A stretch of DNA of 64,000 nucleotides from Nitrososphaerota archaeon (GCA_021159365.1 JAGGRY010000001.1:7543-71542), one strand, 5' to 3'. Numbered from the stretch's first letter, positions 38,831-49,128 are shown. Numbers and translations are program-made. Notes: generated from the sequence alone by a model not told the origin.

Positions 38831-40132
38831 ATGAATAATCGAATTCATAGAGATCTTCAATCTTCTAAGGGGCTGTTCCAATGGAAAGAGTCGGGTGCAG
38901 GGGATCCATTGGAAGAAGTATTTAAGAGAGCTCTTAGCAGGCCGAAGATCTTTAAAAATAGAGAGGTTATGAGATCCGATTATGTCCCTGAAAAACTACC
39001 GCATAGAGATGAACATATCCGGAGCCTCGGAGAAATCCTTTCACCAACCCTGAGAGGTTCAAGACCTAGTAACGTCTTCATCTATGGAAAGACTGGAACC
39101 GGAAAGACGGCGGTCGTGAAATATGTTTTCAAAAGATTCGGGGAAATCACATCCAAGGAAAAACTTCCCTTGAAATTCGAGTATATCAACTGTAGGATTG
39201 CTGGGACGGAGTATAGGGTTTTGACGGAGCTATGCGGGGCCATAGGGGTTAAAGTTCCCTTTACAGGATTATCAAAAGCTGAAGTATTTAATAGATTGAG
39301 AAGAGGTCTTAGTGAAAAAGGATACCTGCTCGTGGCCTGCTTTGATGAGATCGACGCCCTTGTAAAAAATTATGGAGATAATCTACTCTATGAGCTCACT
39401 AGAATAAATGAAGGATTCAATGGATCCGGTCTTTCGATAATAGGAGTCTCAAACGATCTCCACTTCAAAGATTATCTAGACCCAAGAGTGCTGAGCAGCC
39501 TAAGCGAGGAAGAGCTCGTCTTCCACCCATACACAGCAATCGAGTTAATAGACATCCTGAGTGAAAGAGCTTCAGAAGCATTCTATGAGGGAGCCGTTCC
39601 ACAAGAAGTGATAAACCTCTGCGCAGCCTTGGCCGCCGCAGAACATGGAGACGCTAGGAGGGCCATAGATTTATTGAGGGTTGCGGCTGAGGTCGCTGAA
39701 AGGAATGGTGATGAGAAAGTTGAGGAAAAACACGTTAGGTTAGCTCAGAACATAATTGAGCGTGGAAGAGTTTTCGAGGCGTTGTCGACCCTCCCCCTTC
39801 ACAGCAAACTGATCTTAACCTCACTGATACTTCTGAAAAGAGGCGGAGTCGGAGATCCCATCTCAGGAACAGTTTACCAAGCATACAGAGAATTATGCGG
39901 ATTAATCGGAGTCGAGCCTCTAACCAATAGAAGGGTCAGTAGCTTGATCTCGGAGCTCGATATGCTCGGAGTCTTGAAAAGTGATTTGGTGAATAGGGGA
40001 AGGTATGGGAGAACTAGGAAGATCAGTCTCTTGACACCGATCGACGAGGTTGAAGAGGTTATCAGGAGTGACGAACTCCTCTCAACTCTCCTAAATCATA
40101 AGTTAAAAATAGACTTAAAGAGAAATCGCTAA
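38831..40132 (+). CDS. cdc6: Orc1/Cdc6 replication initiator
   Basis: AAA+ Walker A GKTGTGKT, Walker B DEID, and a C-terminal winged helix, 433 aa. Confidence 0.9.
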   Translation: MNNRIHRDLQSSKGLFQWKESGAGDPLEEVFKRALSRPKIFKNREVMRSDYVPEKLPHRDEHIRSLGEILSPTLRGSRPSNVFIYGKTGTGKTAVVKYVFKRFGEITSKEKLPLKFEYINCRIAGTEYRVLTELCGAIGVKVPFTGLSKAEVFNRLRRGLSEKGYLLVACFDEIDALVKNYGDNLLYELTRINEGFNGSGLSIIGVSNDLHFKDYLDPRVLSSLSEEELVFHPYTAIELIDILSERASEAFYEGAVPQEVINLCAALAAAEHGDARRAIDLLRVAAEVAERNGDEKVEEKHVRLAQNIIERGRVFEALSTLPLHSKLILTSLILLKRGGVGDPISGTVYQAYRELCGLIGVEPLTNRRVSSLISELDMLGVLKSDLVNRGRYGRTRKISLLTPIDEVEEVIRSDELLSTLLNHKLKIDLKRNR

Positions 40133-40200
40133 AACATCTTTTATATCTATTTGTTGTTCTATTGGATTGAACAAGCTGTTCTGTTCGATGATATTATCTC

Positions 40201-41124
40201 ATGCTTGGGCCACGATCTGTTGAGATGAGGTGGAATAAAGAACGCATAATAGTATTGGCTTTGATACTGCTGGTCGCATCGTTCGCGATAGGCATAATAA
40301 CGTCAACATATTTCTTTGGAACAATAGCATCTTCAAATTCGCAAAAACTCGCGAGGCTTATGGCGCCGAGGCTGGAAGTTATAAAAACTGTAACTACTAC
40401 GCCTACTGTCGCGAATTTGGCTGACTATGCGAAGGCCGAGGGAGTCCAATTCATTCCACAAGTTGAATACGTGAATAGGATGATAATTAGAACTGCAAGT
40501 ATTAATATGGAGGCAGATGATCCGGAAAAGGTCATTAATGAAATTATGTTGATCACGAATTCTCTTGGGGGATATGTGGAGTCCATGGAGATCCATAGCG
40601 ATGGAAGAGTCTCCGCCAACATAGTCGTGAGGATTCCAAAGAAGAGCTTCTTCGAGGCTTTAACGAGAATTAAGGAGCTTGGAAAAGTTTTGAGAGAAGA
40701 GGTCTCGGGAAAGGATGTAACAGAGCAGTATATCGATCTTGAGGCGAGGCTCAGAAACCTGAAAGCTGAAGAGGATTGGCTTCTGACGGCCATGGATAAG
40801 GCCAAGAATATCCAAGAATTGATGACCGTTGAACGGGAACTCTGGAGGATCCGAGGAGAGATCGAAAGAATTCAGGGACAATTAAAATATCTTGAGCGGA
40901 GAGTTGAATACTCGACTATAATGGTTTATGTCACTCAGCCTGGAAAACCTAGGCCGGGGCCATCGCCATATCCATCGTTTGATATAACTCCAGCGCTGGC
41001 CGCGGCGATCACAGCAATATATTACATCGTATATGGGTTGATTTTTCTGGTGATTGCTGGGACGCCTGTAGCGGTGTTAGTTTATGCTGGATATAGAGTT
41101 TATCGAAGACTTACGGCTAGATGA
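40201..41124 (+). CDS. membrane-anchored hypothetical protein (DUF4349-like)
   Basis: An N-terminal TM helix, an extracytoplasmic domain with a coiled coil, and a C-terminal TM helix. Confidence 0.4.
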   Translation: MLGPRSVEMRWNKERIIVLALILLVASFAIGIITSTYFFGTIASSNSQKLARLMAPRLEVIKTVTTTPTVANLADYAKAEGVQFIPQVEYVNRMIIRTASINMEADDPEKVINEIMLITNSLGGYVESMEIHSDGRVSANIVVRIPKKSFFEALTRIKELGKVLREEVSGKDVTEQYIDLEARLRNLKAEEDWLLTAMDKAKNIQELMTVERELWRIRGEIERIQGQLKYLERRVEYSTIMVYVTQPGKPRPGPSPYPSFDITPALAAAITAIYYIVYGLIFLVIAGTPVAVLVYAGYRVYRRLTAR

Positions 41125-41127
41125 CGT

Positions 41128-42309
41128 TCATTGACCGGCGAAGTAGTTCTCAGCAACCTTCCTAACTTTTTCCAGATATTCTCGCTCGGTATAGATTCTT
41201 ACAATTCCATAGATCTTTGACGTGAAATCTAGGAGGGGTGAGCGATGGGCCACGACCTTAATCTCTCCACCGATCTCATCATAGAATTGAACTTGTTCCT
41301 GATCCATGTATGGTAGAGGTGGAACGTATGGCGTATCTATCCAGACATGATTTTCGGGGACTCTGGCCAGCTTCGCTAACTTCTGTTCAGTTTCTTCTAT
41401 CCCCTCTCTCTTCATCAATTCCCTTGGAAAGTCTTTTTCGCCAAACTTGAATTCGTATGCTACTTTGGGGAGATCTCTTCTCTCAATCCTCTCGATCGCC
41501 CATCGAGTTCTTTCATTCCTCTTCATCATGCACCAGAGAACATAGTCATCATAGCTCAGATATTCTCGGACATTCATTGATGAGAAGTCTAGTTCCTTAA
41601 GCATTCTAACGGCTCTGAGGAAGATCGTTTGAGCTGCTCTAACAGCGTGATGGAAGTATATGTTCATGAAGCTCTGGTATCTAGCTAAGGCCATTTCCTC
41701 AACTGCTCCAATCGCCTTCAAGCTCAACGCGAGCCTATCATCTATCACTTTGCTTCTCCAGATAATCCTCTTCGCATCCAACAATCCATAAGATGCTCCG
41801 GTGAAATACGAATCCCTCATGAGGAAGTCAAGTTTATCCGCATCCATAGGCCCGCTTATTATGGCCGACTCAGCTCCTTTACCCCTTAAAACATCTATTA
41901 CTTCATCGACGGACACACCGCACTTCTTAACTGCCTCTCGTAATTCTCGGTCATTTTCCAAGATTTTTATCGTCATCTCTTCATGAGTTGTTCCAGCTTC
42001 TTCTAATAGTGGTTCAAGTAGATGGGAATATGGAGTGTGGCCTAGGTCGTGTAGGAGTCCAGCCAATCTCAAAAGCTTCCTTCGATGCTCATCGAATCCC
42101 AATCTCTCCGCGAATTCTCCCGCCAAATACATGCATCCAAGCGAATGATCGAATCTCGTATGTCTGGCGCCTGGGTAAACTAGGTGGACGAATGGAAGCT
42201 GAATTATTCTTCTAAGCCTTTGAACCGGATATGTATCTAGGACTCTGACCTCATCCTCGCTGAGGCTTATGTAGCCGTGAACCGGATCCTTGATTAACTT
42301 TACCGCCAA
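41128..42309 (-). CDS. HD-domain phosphohydrolase (dNTP triphosphohydrolase/SAMHD1-like)
   Basis: H...HD motif within RFDHSLG...LLHDLGHTPYSH, 393 aa. Confidence 0.7.
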   Translation of the reverse strand: MAVKLIKDPVHGYISLSEDEVRVLDTYPVQRLRRIIQLPFVHLVYPGARHTRFDHSLGCMYLAGEFAERLGFDEHRRKLLRLAGLLHDLGHTPYSHLLEPLLEEAGTTHEEMTIKILENDRELREAVKKCGVSVDEVIDVLRGKGAESAIISGPMDADKLDFLMRDSYFTGASYGLLDAKRIIWRSKVIDDRLALSLKAIGAVEEMALARYQSFMNIYFHHAVRAAQTIFLRAVRMLKELDFSSMNVREYLSYDDYVLWCMMKRNERTRWAIERIERRDLPKVAYEFKFGEKDFPRELMKREGIEETEQKLAKLARVPENHVWIDTPYVPPLPYMDQEQVQFYDEIGGEIKVVAHRSPLLDFTSKIYGIVRIYTEREYLEKVRKVAENYFAGQ

Positions 42310-42343
42310 TCCAGCTCATATAATTCTCGCCTAAGCGATAAAT

Positions 42344-42949
42344 CTATTGCTGAAGGGCTTTCTTCTCCTCAAGAAACTTTTCAACCAAGCTTCTGACATC
42401 TTCAAAGACTTCCTCAACCCCTCTATTGGCGTCGATCACCTTGAAGCCTTCTCTCTCAGCGAGTTCGAGATACTTCTCCCTAACCTTTTTCAGGATCTCG
42501 ACCCTCTCAAATCGAGCCCTCTTTCTCTTAATTCTCCCCAAGCCTATCTCCGGATCCACGTCGAGGAGTATTACGAGATCAGGTTTTTCGGCGAACTTAT
42601 TCAATTCCTCAACCCATCTTTGATCTCCAACCGTAATCGATTGATACGCTATTGATGAATGAACATATCTATCTGAGATTATTATGAATCCTTTTTCAAG
42701 GAGCGGTCTAATGATCTTGTTAAGGTGATCGATTCGATCGGCTGCGAAAAGTAATGCCTCAACTCTGACGTCGACTTTTCTTTTTGAGGCCATCTTCTCA
42801 AGGATTCTTCCAATTGCTCCTCTAGTGGGCTCGAAGGTATAACGGGTTTGGATTCCCTTCTTCCTCAACCATCTCACAAGTTTTCTCGCATGCGTGGTCT
42901 TCCCGGCGCCATCGATTCCCTCGATCACTATGAGAAATCCTCTCTTCAT
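42344..42949 (-). CDS. tmk: thymidylate kinase
   Basis: P-loop IEGIDGAGKTT and a DRY motif, 201 aa. Confidence 0.85.
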   Translation of the reverse strand: MKRGFLIVIEGIDGAGKTTHARKLVRWLRKKGIQTRYTFEPTRGAIGRILEKMASKRKVDVRVEALLFAADRIDHLNKIIRPLLEKGFIIISDRYVHSSIAYQSITVGDQRWVEELNKFAEKPDLVILLDVDPEIGLGRIKRKRARFERVEILKKVREKYLELAEREGFKVIDANRGVEEVFEDVRSLVEKFLEEKKALQQ

Positions 42950-43078
42950 GAGCGGATCACCGAGTAATCACGTGGCAAACATAATGAGGTTTTCCCTTAA
43001 AAAGATGAAGAATGTGACCCGTCTGTTCACAGGTTCTAAGCTACTTTAAAATTCCAGCTTAGCAGGCATTCAATCAGC

Positions 43079-43729
43079 ATGAATAATAGGTTGAGTCTAT
43101 GGATCTCGGGGGTGGCGCTTCTCTCAGCATCCACCATACTATTGGCCTTAATACATCTAAAGATACCGTTTCCCCCTCTTCCATTTCTCACTTTCCGCTT
43201 CGATGAGATTCCATGCGTGATCGCCTTCCTAATTTTCGGATTCAAAGCAGGCTTAACAGTCGCCTTCATCGAGTTCCTCATCCTGAATCTCGGCAAACCA
43301 TATCACGTATTGATCGGTCCCTTGATGAAGTTTTTAGCGATAGTCTCCATGCTCATTGGATTCGTGGTCGCGGATAAGTTGTGGAAGCTCAAGTTTAAGG
43401 AGTTTAAGAGGTTTGGCATAACAGTCTTCTTATTTATGGGGATTATCTTCAGAGTCTCCGTGATGGCGTTCTCCACCTTCATCCTCTACTACATACTCTT
43501 TCCAAAACTATATCTTCCATTCGCCAAAGGTCTTCTATCAAGGGTTATGGGGTTAAGTTTTTCATCAGATCTCGAACTTGTTTCGATACTGCTCTTACTC
43601 ACATCATTGTTTAACGCGCTTCACGTCTTCTTCTCTCTCATACCTGCGACCATAGTCCATAAGATATATGTAAGGTCTTTGAGGAAATCCAGTGTTCAAC
43701 CTAAGGTTGGTGGCTCTAAAGAATCTTAG
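43079..43729 (+). CDS. polytopic membrane protein (possible ECF-type substrate component)
   Basis: 216 aa with 5-6 TM helices. Confidence 0.4.
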   Translation: MNNRLSLWISGVALLSASTILLALIHLKIPFPPLPFLTFRFDEIPCVIAFLIFGFKAGLTVAFIEFLILNLGKPYHVLIGPLMKFLAIVSMLIGFVVADKLWKLKFKEFKRFGITVFLFMGIIFRVSVMAFSTFILYYILFPKLYLPFAKGLLSRVMGLSFSSDLELVSILLLLTSLFNALHVFFSLIPATIVHKIYVRSLRKSSVQPKVGGSKES

Positions 43730-43751
43730 TCCTCATGTCAGAGGGCTTCAT

Positions 43752-44978
43752 TCAAGTTCTCTTGAGGATCTCGACCCCGGGCAACTTTTCTCCGGATAAG
43801 TAGTGGATTAGTGCTCCTCCCGCGAGGCTTACATAGGAGAAGTCTTCTGGACTTAATCCGACGAGCCTTATCGCCGTTGAAGAGTCTCCTCCACCGATTA
43901 AGGTGAACGCCTTAGACCTGGCTAAAGCCCTGTAAATCATATATGTTCCACGTCTAAAGATCTCCTTCTCATAGGCTCCAGCAGGTCCTTTAACTATTAT
44001 TGCATCTTCTCTGCTCGCAGACAATATTAATTCACTGTATTTGTTCGCGGTCTCTCCGCCTATATCCATTATCTCGGATGGAGCTGGAAGCATCTTAACG
44101 CTAATCTCAAATCTATTTCCATCGAGTTCACATGCCACATCTATCGGTCTGTGAAGTCTCTCTCCAAGTCTTTCTTTAAGCTCCTTAATCTTCGGAAGGA
44201 ATTCTTCAAATTTTTTCTTCCTGATGTAATTTAGGCTAGGTTCTCCAAGATCATATCCCTCGGCCATTAAGAATAGTTGTCCCAAGATTCCAGCCGAAAG
44301 TAGCAGCTTGATCTCAGGTCTACCCCTATTGAGGATAGAGTCTATGACGCTTATACAGTCCTTGGGCTTGTTTCCGCCCATGAATAGGATGACCCGATCT
44401 CTTTCCTCAAGGATCTCTGTTAAGGCCTTAAGCTCCCTCTCCATAACTCTCCCGGCAACGGTTGGTAAGACCGCTGCGAAACCGACTATAGATGCGTGAG
44501 GTCTATGGGCAACTGAGAAAGCGTCCTGAACAAATAGATCGGCGTATTTTGAGAGCTTTGAGATTAACTCTCCCTTAGCATGCTCCTCTGGGCTCGCCTT
44601 GACGGTCTCCTCATCCAGGAATCGAACATTCTCAAGCAATAGTATCTCTCCGGGCTTGAGGCTCTTGATCGCTTCCTCCGCCTCGGCTCCTAGGATGTCT
44701 GGGACGTATTTAACGGGCTTCCCAACATGCTTTGATAAAAGCTCTGCATGTTGTTTTAATGGTAGGAAGTCCGGCTGCCCCTTCCTTCCTTGATGGGCCA
44801 AGACTATGACTTTCGCGCCCTTATCTGAAAGCTCTCTAAGCGTTTCAGCGTGAGCCCTAAGCCTCTCATTATCTTGGATCTTCTTCGTCTCAGGATCGAC
44901 AGGCGAATTTAGATCCACTCGGACTATGACCGCTTTACCCCTCACATCGACATCATCAAGTGTCTTGAAGAAGCTCAT
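43752..44978 (-). CDS. pgk: phosphoglycerate kinase
   Basis: VRVDLNSP N-terminal motif, 408 aa. Confidence 0.9.
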   Translation of the reverse strand: MSFFKTLDDVDVRGKAVIVRVDLNSPVDPETKKIQDNERLRAHAETLRELSDKGAKVIVLAHQGRKGQPDFLPLKQHAELLSKHVGKPVKYVPDILGAEAEEAIKSLKPGEILLLENVRFLDEETVKASPEEHAKGELISKLSKYADLFVQDAFSVAHRPHASIVGFAAVLPTVAGRVMERELKALTEILEERDRVILFMGGNKPKDCISVIDSILNRGRPEIKLLLSAGILGQLFLMAEGYDLGEPSLNYIRKKKFEEFLPKIKELKERLGERLHRPIDVACELDGNRFEISVKMLPAPSEIMDIGGETANKYSELILSASREDAIIVKGPAGAYEKEIFRRGTYMIYRALARSKAFTLIGGGDSSTAIRLVGLSPEDFSYVSLAGGALIHYLSGEKLPGVEILKRT

Positions 44979-45065
44979 AACATAAACACCTCTAATGAAT
45001 TGCTTAACAGCCTTCTAATAGATTTATTTTCAAGCTGCCTAAACTAATATTATTGAGTTGCGTGG

Positions 45066-45863
45066 TTGATCGAGATGATTCCGCCTGAATTAAATTATGA
45101 TGAAGTCGCTGAGAAGCTGATCAAATTCATTCAAGGAAGAGTTGAAGAAGCCGGCGCAAATGGAGTCGTTGTAGGAGCGAGTGGCGGACTGGATTCCTCC
45201 GTTGTCTTAGTCCTCTCGGTTAGAGCTTTGGGAGCCGGAAATGTCGTGGCCCTGATAATGCCCGACCCATCCATAACGCCGCTTCAAGACATCGAGCACG
45301 CCGTCCAGCTGGCTAAGCTGCTTGGAGTAAGATATTATGTGATAGATATCCGGAGGATCTATAATTCATATTCAGACGCAATGCCATTCTACGCGTCTGA
45401 TGCGTTGATTCCAAACGGGAATTTGAGGGCGAGGATAAGGATGACGATCTTGTATTATTATGCGAATCTTAAGAACTTACTTGTGTGTGGGACAGGAGAT
45501 AAAAGTGAGATACTCTTAGGATACTTCACGAAGTATGGTGATGGAGCTGCAGACCTGCTCCCAATAGCAGATCTCTACAAGACCCAGGTTAGAGGGCTTG
45601 CGAGGAAACTAGATCTTCCAAAGAGTATAGTTGAGAAGCCGAGTAGCCCCAGGTTATGGCCTGGTCAAATGGCCGAGAAGGAACTTGGAGCAACATACGA
45701 TGAAATAGATCAGATACTCTATCTTTACGTCGAGCTCGGGAAGAAGGTCGATGAGATAATCGATCAAACGGGCATAGAATCTGAAAAGGTTAGGTCTATT
45801 GTAGAAAGGTTTCATAAAAGTGAACATAAACGGAGGCTTCCACCAATAGCGAAGATTAGGTGA
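45066..45863 (+). CDS. nadE: NH3-dependent NAD+ synthetase
   Basis: PP-loop GASGGLDSS, 265 aa. Confidence 0.85.
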   Translation: MIEMIPPELNYDEVAEKLIKFIQGRVEEAGANGVVVGASGGLDSSVVLVLSVRALGAGNVVALIMPDPSITPLQDIEHAVQLAKLLGVRYYVIDIRRIYNSYSDAMPFYASDALIPNGNLRARIRMTILYYYANLKNLLVCGTGDKSEILLGYFTKYGDGAADLLPIADLYKTQVRGLARKLDLPKSIVEKPSSPRLWPGQMAEKELGATYDEIDQILYLYVELGKKVDEIIDQTGIESEKVRSIVERFHKSEHKRRLPPIAKIR

Positions 45864-45873
45864 TTTAGAGAAA

Positions 45874-46428
45874 TTGCTTGAGTTCATGAGTTTAATCGCT
45901 ACAATAGCTTTGGCCGAGGTCGGGGATAAAACTCAGATCTCGATTCTTTTGCTATCTACTCAGACCCGGAGGCCGATAAAACTTCTATTAGGCGTCTTCG
46001 CGGCGTTTCTGGTCGTCGACGGCGTTGCGGTAGTGTTTGGATCTATGATGAAGCAAATTCTACCAGCGTATATCTTGCGAATATTCGGATCGCTTATGTT
46101 CATGATTCTCGGAATATTCATTCTCATTGGGTGGAGATCAAGGGAGCAGACAAATATTGAGAGAATATTCAAGAATTCGTTTACGGTGGGATTCTCAGCG
46201 ACATTTCTTGCAGAATGGTGCGATAAGACTCAAATATCCACATGTGTTCTCGCGACGAGATTTAATTATCTAGAGGTTTTCGCGGCGGCCATGACCGCAT
46301 TAATCATGATATCCATATCAACCATGATTCTGGGGAGAATGATGCTGAAGAGGATCAGCGAAGAGAAAATGTTAAAGATATCTGGAGTGGGCTTCTTACT
46401 AGTTGGAATATTATTCCTCCTGCTTTGA
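45874..46428 (+). CDS. UPF0016 (GDT1/TMEM165) family cation transporter
   Basis: Two copies of the E-x-G-D-K-T motif (EVGDKTQIS, EWCDKTQIS) across 6 TM helices. Confidence 0.7.
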   Translation: MLEFMSLIATIALAEVGDKTQISILLLSTQTRRPIKLLLGVFAAFLVVDGVAVVFGSMMKQILPAYILRIFGSLMFMILGIFILIGWRSREQTNIERIFKNSFTVGFSATFLAEWCDKTQISTCVLATRFNYLEVFAAAMTALIMISISTMILGRMMLKRISEEKMLKISGVGFLLVGILFLLL

Positions 46429-48342
46429 TTATCTCGATCTCCAGATCTCCTCAGCTACATCATTTAAGCCTAGCTCTATCAGCTTTTCCTTCTTTGGGAT
46501 GCCTGTTTCTCGATCCCAACCCATGACGTCGTAGAATTCATCGAGCATTCCATCTAGATTTTCAACTCTAACTCCTTTCGTCGGCCCAGACGCGATAGGC
46601 TCCATTACTCTCTTCGGCAATCTATCGCTCCTTCTATCGACTCCCTCTCTCACGTTAAAGCATCTCTTCAGGTTATAGACTCTTTCAGAGATTCTAAGCA
46701 AGTCTTGAGGCTTTAGATCAAATCCTGTCAACGTCGTTGTCAACTTAGATAGCCTATCTAGGTTCAAGCTCTCCTCCTCGGCTGCTTGAAGTGGAAATCT
46801 GCATACTCCGAGGATTCCCGCTAGCTCCCCGAAGAATACCAAAAGTTTGTAGCCTTCTCCGCGTCTAACCCCTGTTTCCTCGAATCTGCTTGGAGGAGGC
46901 CATGGAAGTCCATATTTTCTAAGCCCCATATCGACTTTAGAGAAATCCCACATAGGTGCCCAAATAGGTTCGATGTGGCATGCTCCTCTCGGATTTCCGA
47001 CAGCGTATTGAATTGCCAGAGACTTTGTCGTTCCACGGGCGTCGTGGGCAGGGATCTCCAAACCCTTTCCATGACATGCGAATTCTTCGGATCCCTTACC
47101 GAGTTTTTCCGACGCCCTCTTAACTCCCTCGGCCAATAATCTTCCTATGCCCTCCTTATTCACGATCTTCTCGATGAGCGTTAGAGTCACTTCTGGATCA
47201 CCCCATCTCAACTTCATTCCATTCGTGTCCCTCTCGCTGATGATTCCTCTTTCATATGCTTCGATGGCGAATGCTATCACATTTCCAGCTGAAATTGTGT
47301 CGAGGCCATAGATATTGCAGAGATATCCTGCTTTGATGATTGCTTCGAGATTTCCTATCATGGATTGAACTCCGAGCATGTCAACAGTCTCATATTCCGC
47401 GCCCTCATGAGGAGGTGTTTGATATTCTCCGGCTGGAACTTGAATATATCTTCCACAGCCTATTGGACATCCGAAACAAGATCTTTTCTTAATCAAATAT
47501 TTCTCCGAAAGCGTTTGACCAGAGACTTTCTCGGCTTCCTCAAAATAACATGTCTTGAAGTTTCTCGTTGGAAGGGCTCCAGACTCATTTAGGTTCACGA
47601 GTCCGCCGAGAGTTCCATGTTTTCCCATGCCTTTAGTTGCTCTGATCTTTACGGCGTTTATGGCCTCTAAAGCCGCCTCGAAAAATTCATCCGGTTTGGC
47701 GGCAGAGATCTCTCCATGTCCATCGACCACGATGGCCTTCAACTTCTTCGCTCCCATAACGGTTCCCCCACCGCATCTCCCAGCCGCTCTATCATAGTCT
47801 ACCATTATCGAAGCGAATCTAACTTGATTTTCACCTGCTTGACCTATGCACGCAACGGATGCGTCGGGTTCATCTAGATCTCTTAGGAGTATGTCTGTTG
47901 TTTCATGGACATTCTTTCCCCATAGGTGTGATGCATCTCTAAGCTCAGCAGACCTATCTCTAATGTAGAGATAGACTGGTTTCTCAGATCTCCCTCTTAC
48001 TATTATGAAATCATATCCGGCGAATTTCAGCTTCGGTCCAAAAGTTCCCCCGGCTCTCGTCTCGCCGAAGATCCCCGTTAGAGGAGACTTAAAGCAGAAC
48101 TCGACGCTTCCAGAAGATGGGCATAAGGTTCCAGTTAATGGCCCTGTAGCGGCTATCAAGAGGTTTTCGGGGCTTAGAGGATCTATCCTAGCCTCAAGCA
48201 TATCCCATAGGATTCTCGCTGCATATCCAGTTCCACCTAGATATAGCTTGACTAGATCTCGGTCTAGGTCTTTTCCCCGAACCTCCATTCTACTTAGATC
48301 GACCCATAAAATCTTTCCAGCATAGCCGTGAAGAACCATCAT
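46429..48342 (-). CDS. aor: tungsten-containing aldehyde:ferredoxin oxidoreductase (AOR family)
   Basis: The N-terminus (MVLHGYAGKILWVDLS...) aligns to the AOR MYGWWGKILRVNL start. The start was set to ATG 48342, which overlaps the ferredoxin stop as ATGA. Confidence 0.85.
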   Translation of the reverse strand: MMVLHGYAGKILWVDLSRMEVRGKDLDRDLVKLYLGGTGYAARILWDMLEARIDPLSPENLLIAATGPLTGTLCPSSGSVEFCFKSPLTGIFGETRAGGTFGPKLKFAGYDFIIVRGRSEKPVYLYIRDRSAELRDASHLWGKNVHETTDILLRDLDEPDASVACIGQAGENQVRFASIMVDYDRAAGRCGGGTVMGAKKLKAIVVDGHGEISAAKPDEFFEAALEAINAVKIRATKGMGKHGTLGGLVNLNESGALPTRNFKTCYFEEAEKVSGQTLSEKYLIKKRSCFGCPIGCGRYIQVPAGEYQTPPHEGAEYETVDMLGVQSMIGNLEAIIKAGYLCNIYGLDTISAGNVIAFAIEAYERGIISERDTNGMKLRWGDPEVTLTLIEKIVNKEGIGRLLAEGVKRASEKLGKGSEEFACHGKGLEIPAHDARGTTKSLAIQYAVGNPRGACHIEPIWAPMWDFSKVDMGLRKYGLPWPPPSRFEETGVRRGEGYKLLVFFGELAGILGVCRFPLQAAEEESLNLDRLSKLTTTLTGFDLKPQDLLRISERVYNLKRCFNVREGVDRRSDRLPKRVMEPIASGPTKGVRVENLDGMLDEFYDVMGWDRETGIPKKEKLIELGLNDVAEEIWRSR

Positions 48343-48806
48343 TTCACCACCGTTTGAAGCCTTGAAAAGTTGATCCTCTTGTATTTCGCGGCTAGGTCGA
48401 CGTCTAAATATTTGAGCGCGTCTACGGGGCAAGCCTTAACGCATGCAGGATCTCCTCCGCAGAGGTCGCAGATTAAGGCCTTCCTCGTGACCGGGTCGAG
48501 GGATACAGCACCATAAGGACATACGTGAACGCAGTTTCCACAACCGATACATTTCTCTTCTTGAACCGTTATCGCACCGGTCTTCGGATCTCTCTTGATG
48601 GCATTTACTGGACAAGAAGTTATGCATAATCCGCATTGAAGGCAGAAGATCGGTGCGTCAACGGGTTGATGATGCAATCTGACTACATGGATCCTTGACC
48701 TCTCGATGCTCATTACTCCATAATGTTTCTGCGAACAGGCAAGTTCGCAGAGATGACAGCCCATACATCTATCTGGAATCACGACCAACGATTTGATCAT
48801 CGACAA
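48339..48806 (-). CDS. 4Fe-4S polyferredoxin-like electron-transfer subunit
   Basis: Four CxxCxxCxxxCP-type clusters in 155 aa, translationally coupled to aor. Confidence 0.8.
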   Translation of the reverse strand: MSMIKSLVVIPDRCMGCHLCELACSQKHYGVMSIERSRIHVVRLHHQPVDAPIFCLQCGLCITSCPVNAIKRDPKTGAITVQEEKCIGCGNCVHVCPYGAVSLDPVTRKALICDLCGGDPACVKACPVDALKYLDVDLAAKYKRINFSRLQTVVK

Positions 48807-48988
48807 AATCGGTTCACATACGATATTATTTTAATTTTAAAACTTGGATCGGCGCTCAGCATGACCAATTCACACGTTCACCCATCTTCTCAAGATTAGG
48901 ATAGATCTCGATTTTCAGTAGTAAATTTAAAGTTGGAGCGAACAGCCTCCGAAAGTTCCTGAAACATGTTAATAATAGTTGGTTATGA

Positions 48989-49077
48989 TGCGGCCGCCGG
49001 GATTTGAACCCGGGATCGCTGGCTTTCTCCGCTGAAACTCGGAAGGCCAGCGTCCTTCCAGGCTAGACGACGGCCGC
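48989..49077 (-). tRNA. tRNA-Gly (UCC, provisional) with a 15-nt intron
   Basis: On the minus strand: acceptor GCGGCCG/CGGCCGC with A73. Anticodon stem CUGGC/GCCAG with loop CUUCCG|15-nt intron|A. T-arm CCGGG-UUCAAAU-CCCGG. Confidence 0.65.
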
Positions 49078-49128
49078 CCATTTTAGAGTTGTGATTTTTG
49101 GTTATTTGAGGTTTTTGCTAGGATATTG

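Noticed and set aside
48343-48432. The longer AOR start overlapping the ferredoxin gene by 94 nt.
   Set aside because: The AOR family N-terminus aligns from MVLHGYAGKIL. The ATGA overlap with the ferredoxin stop gives a clean coupled start.
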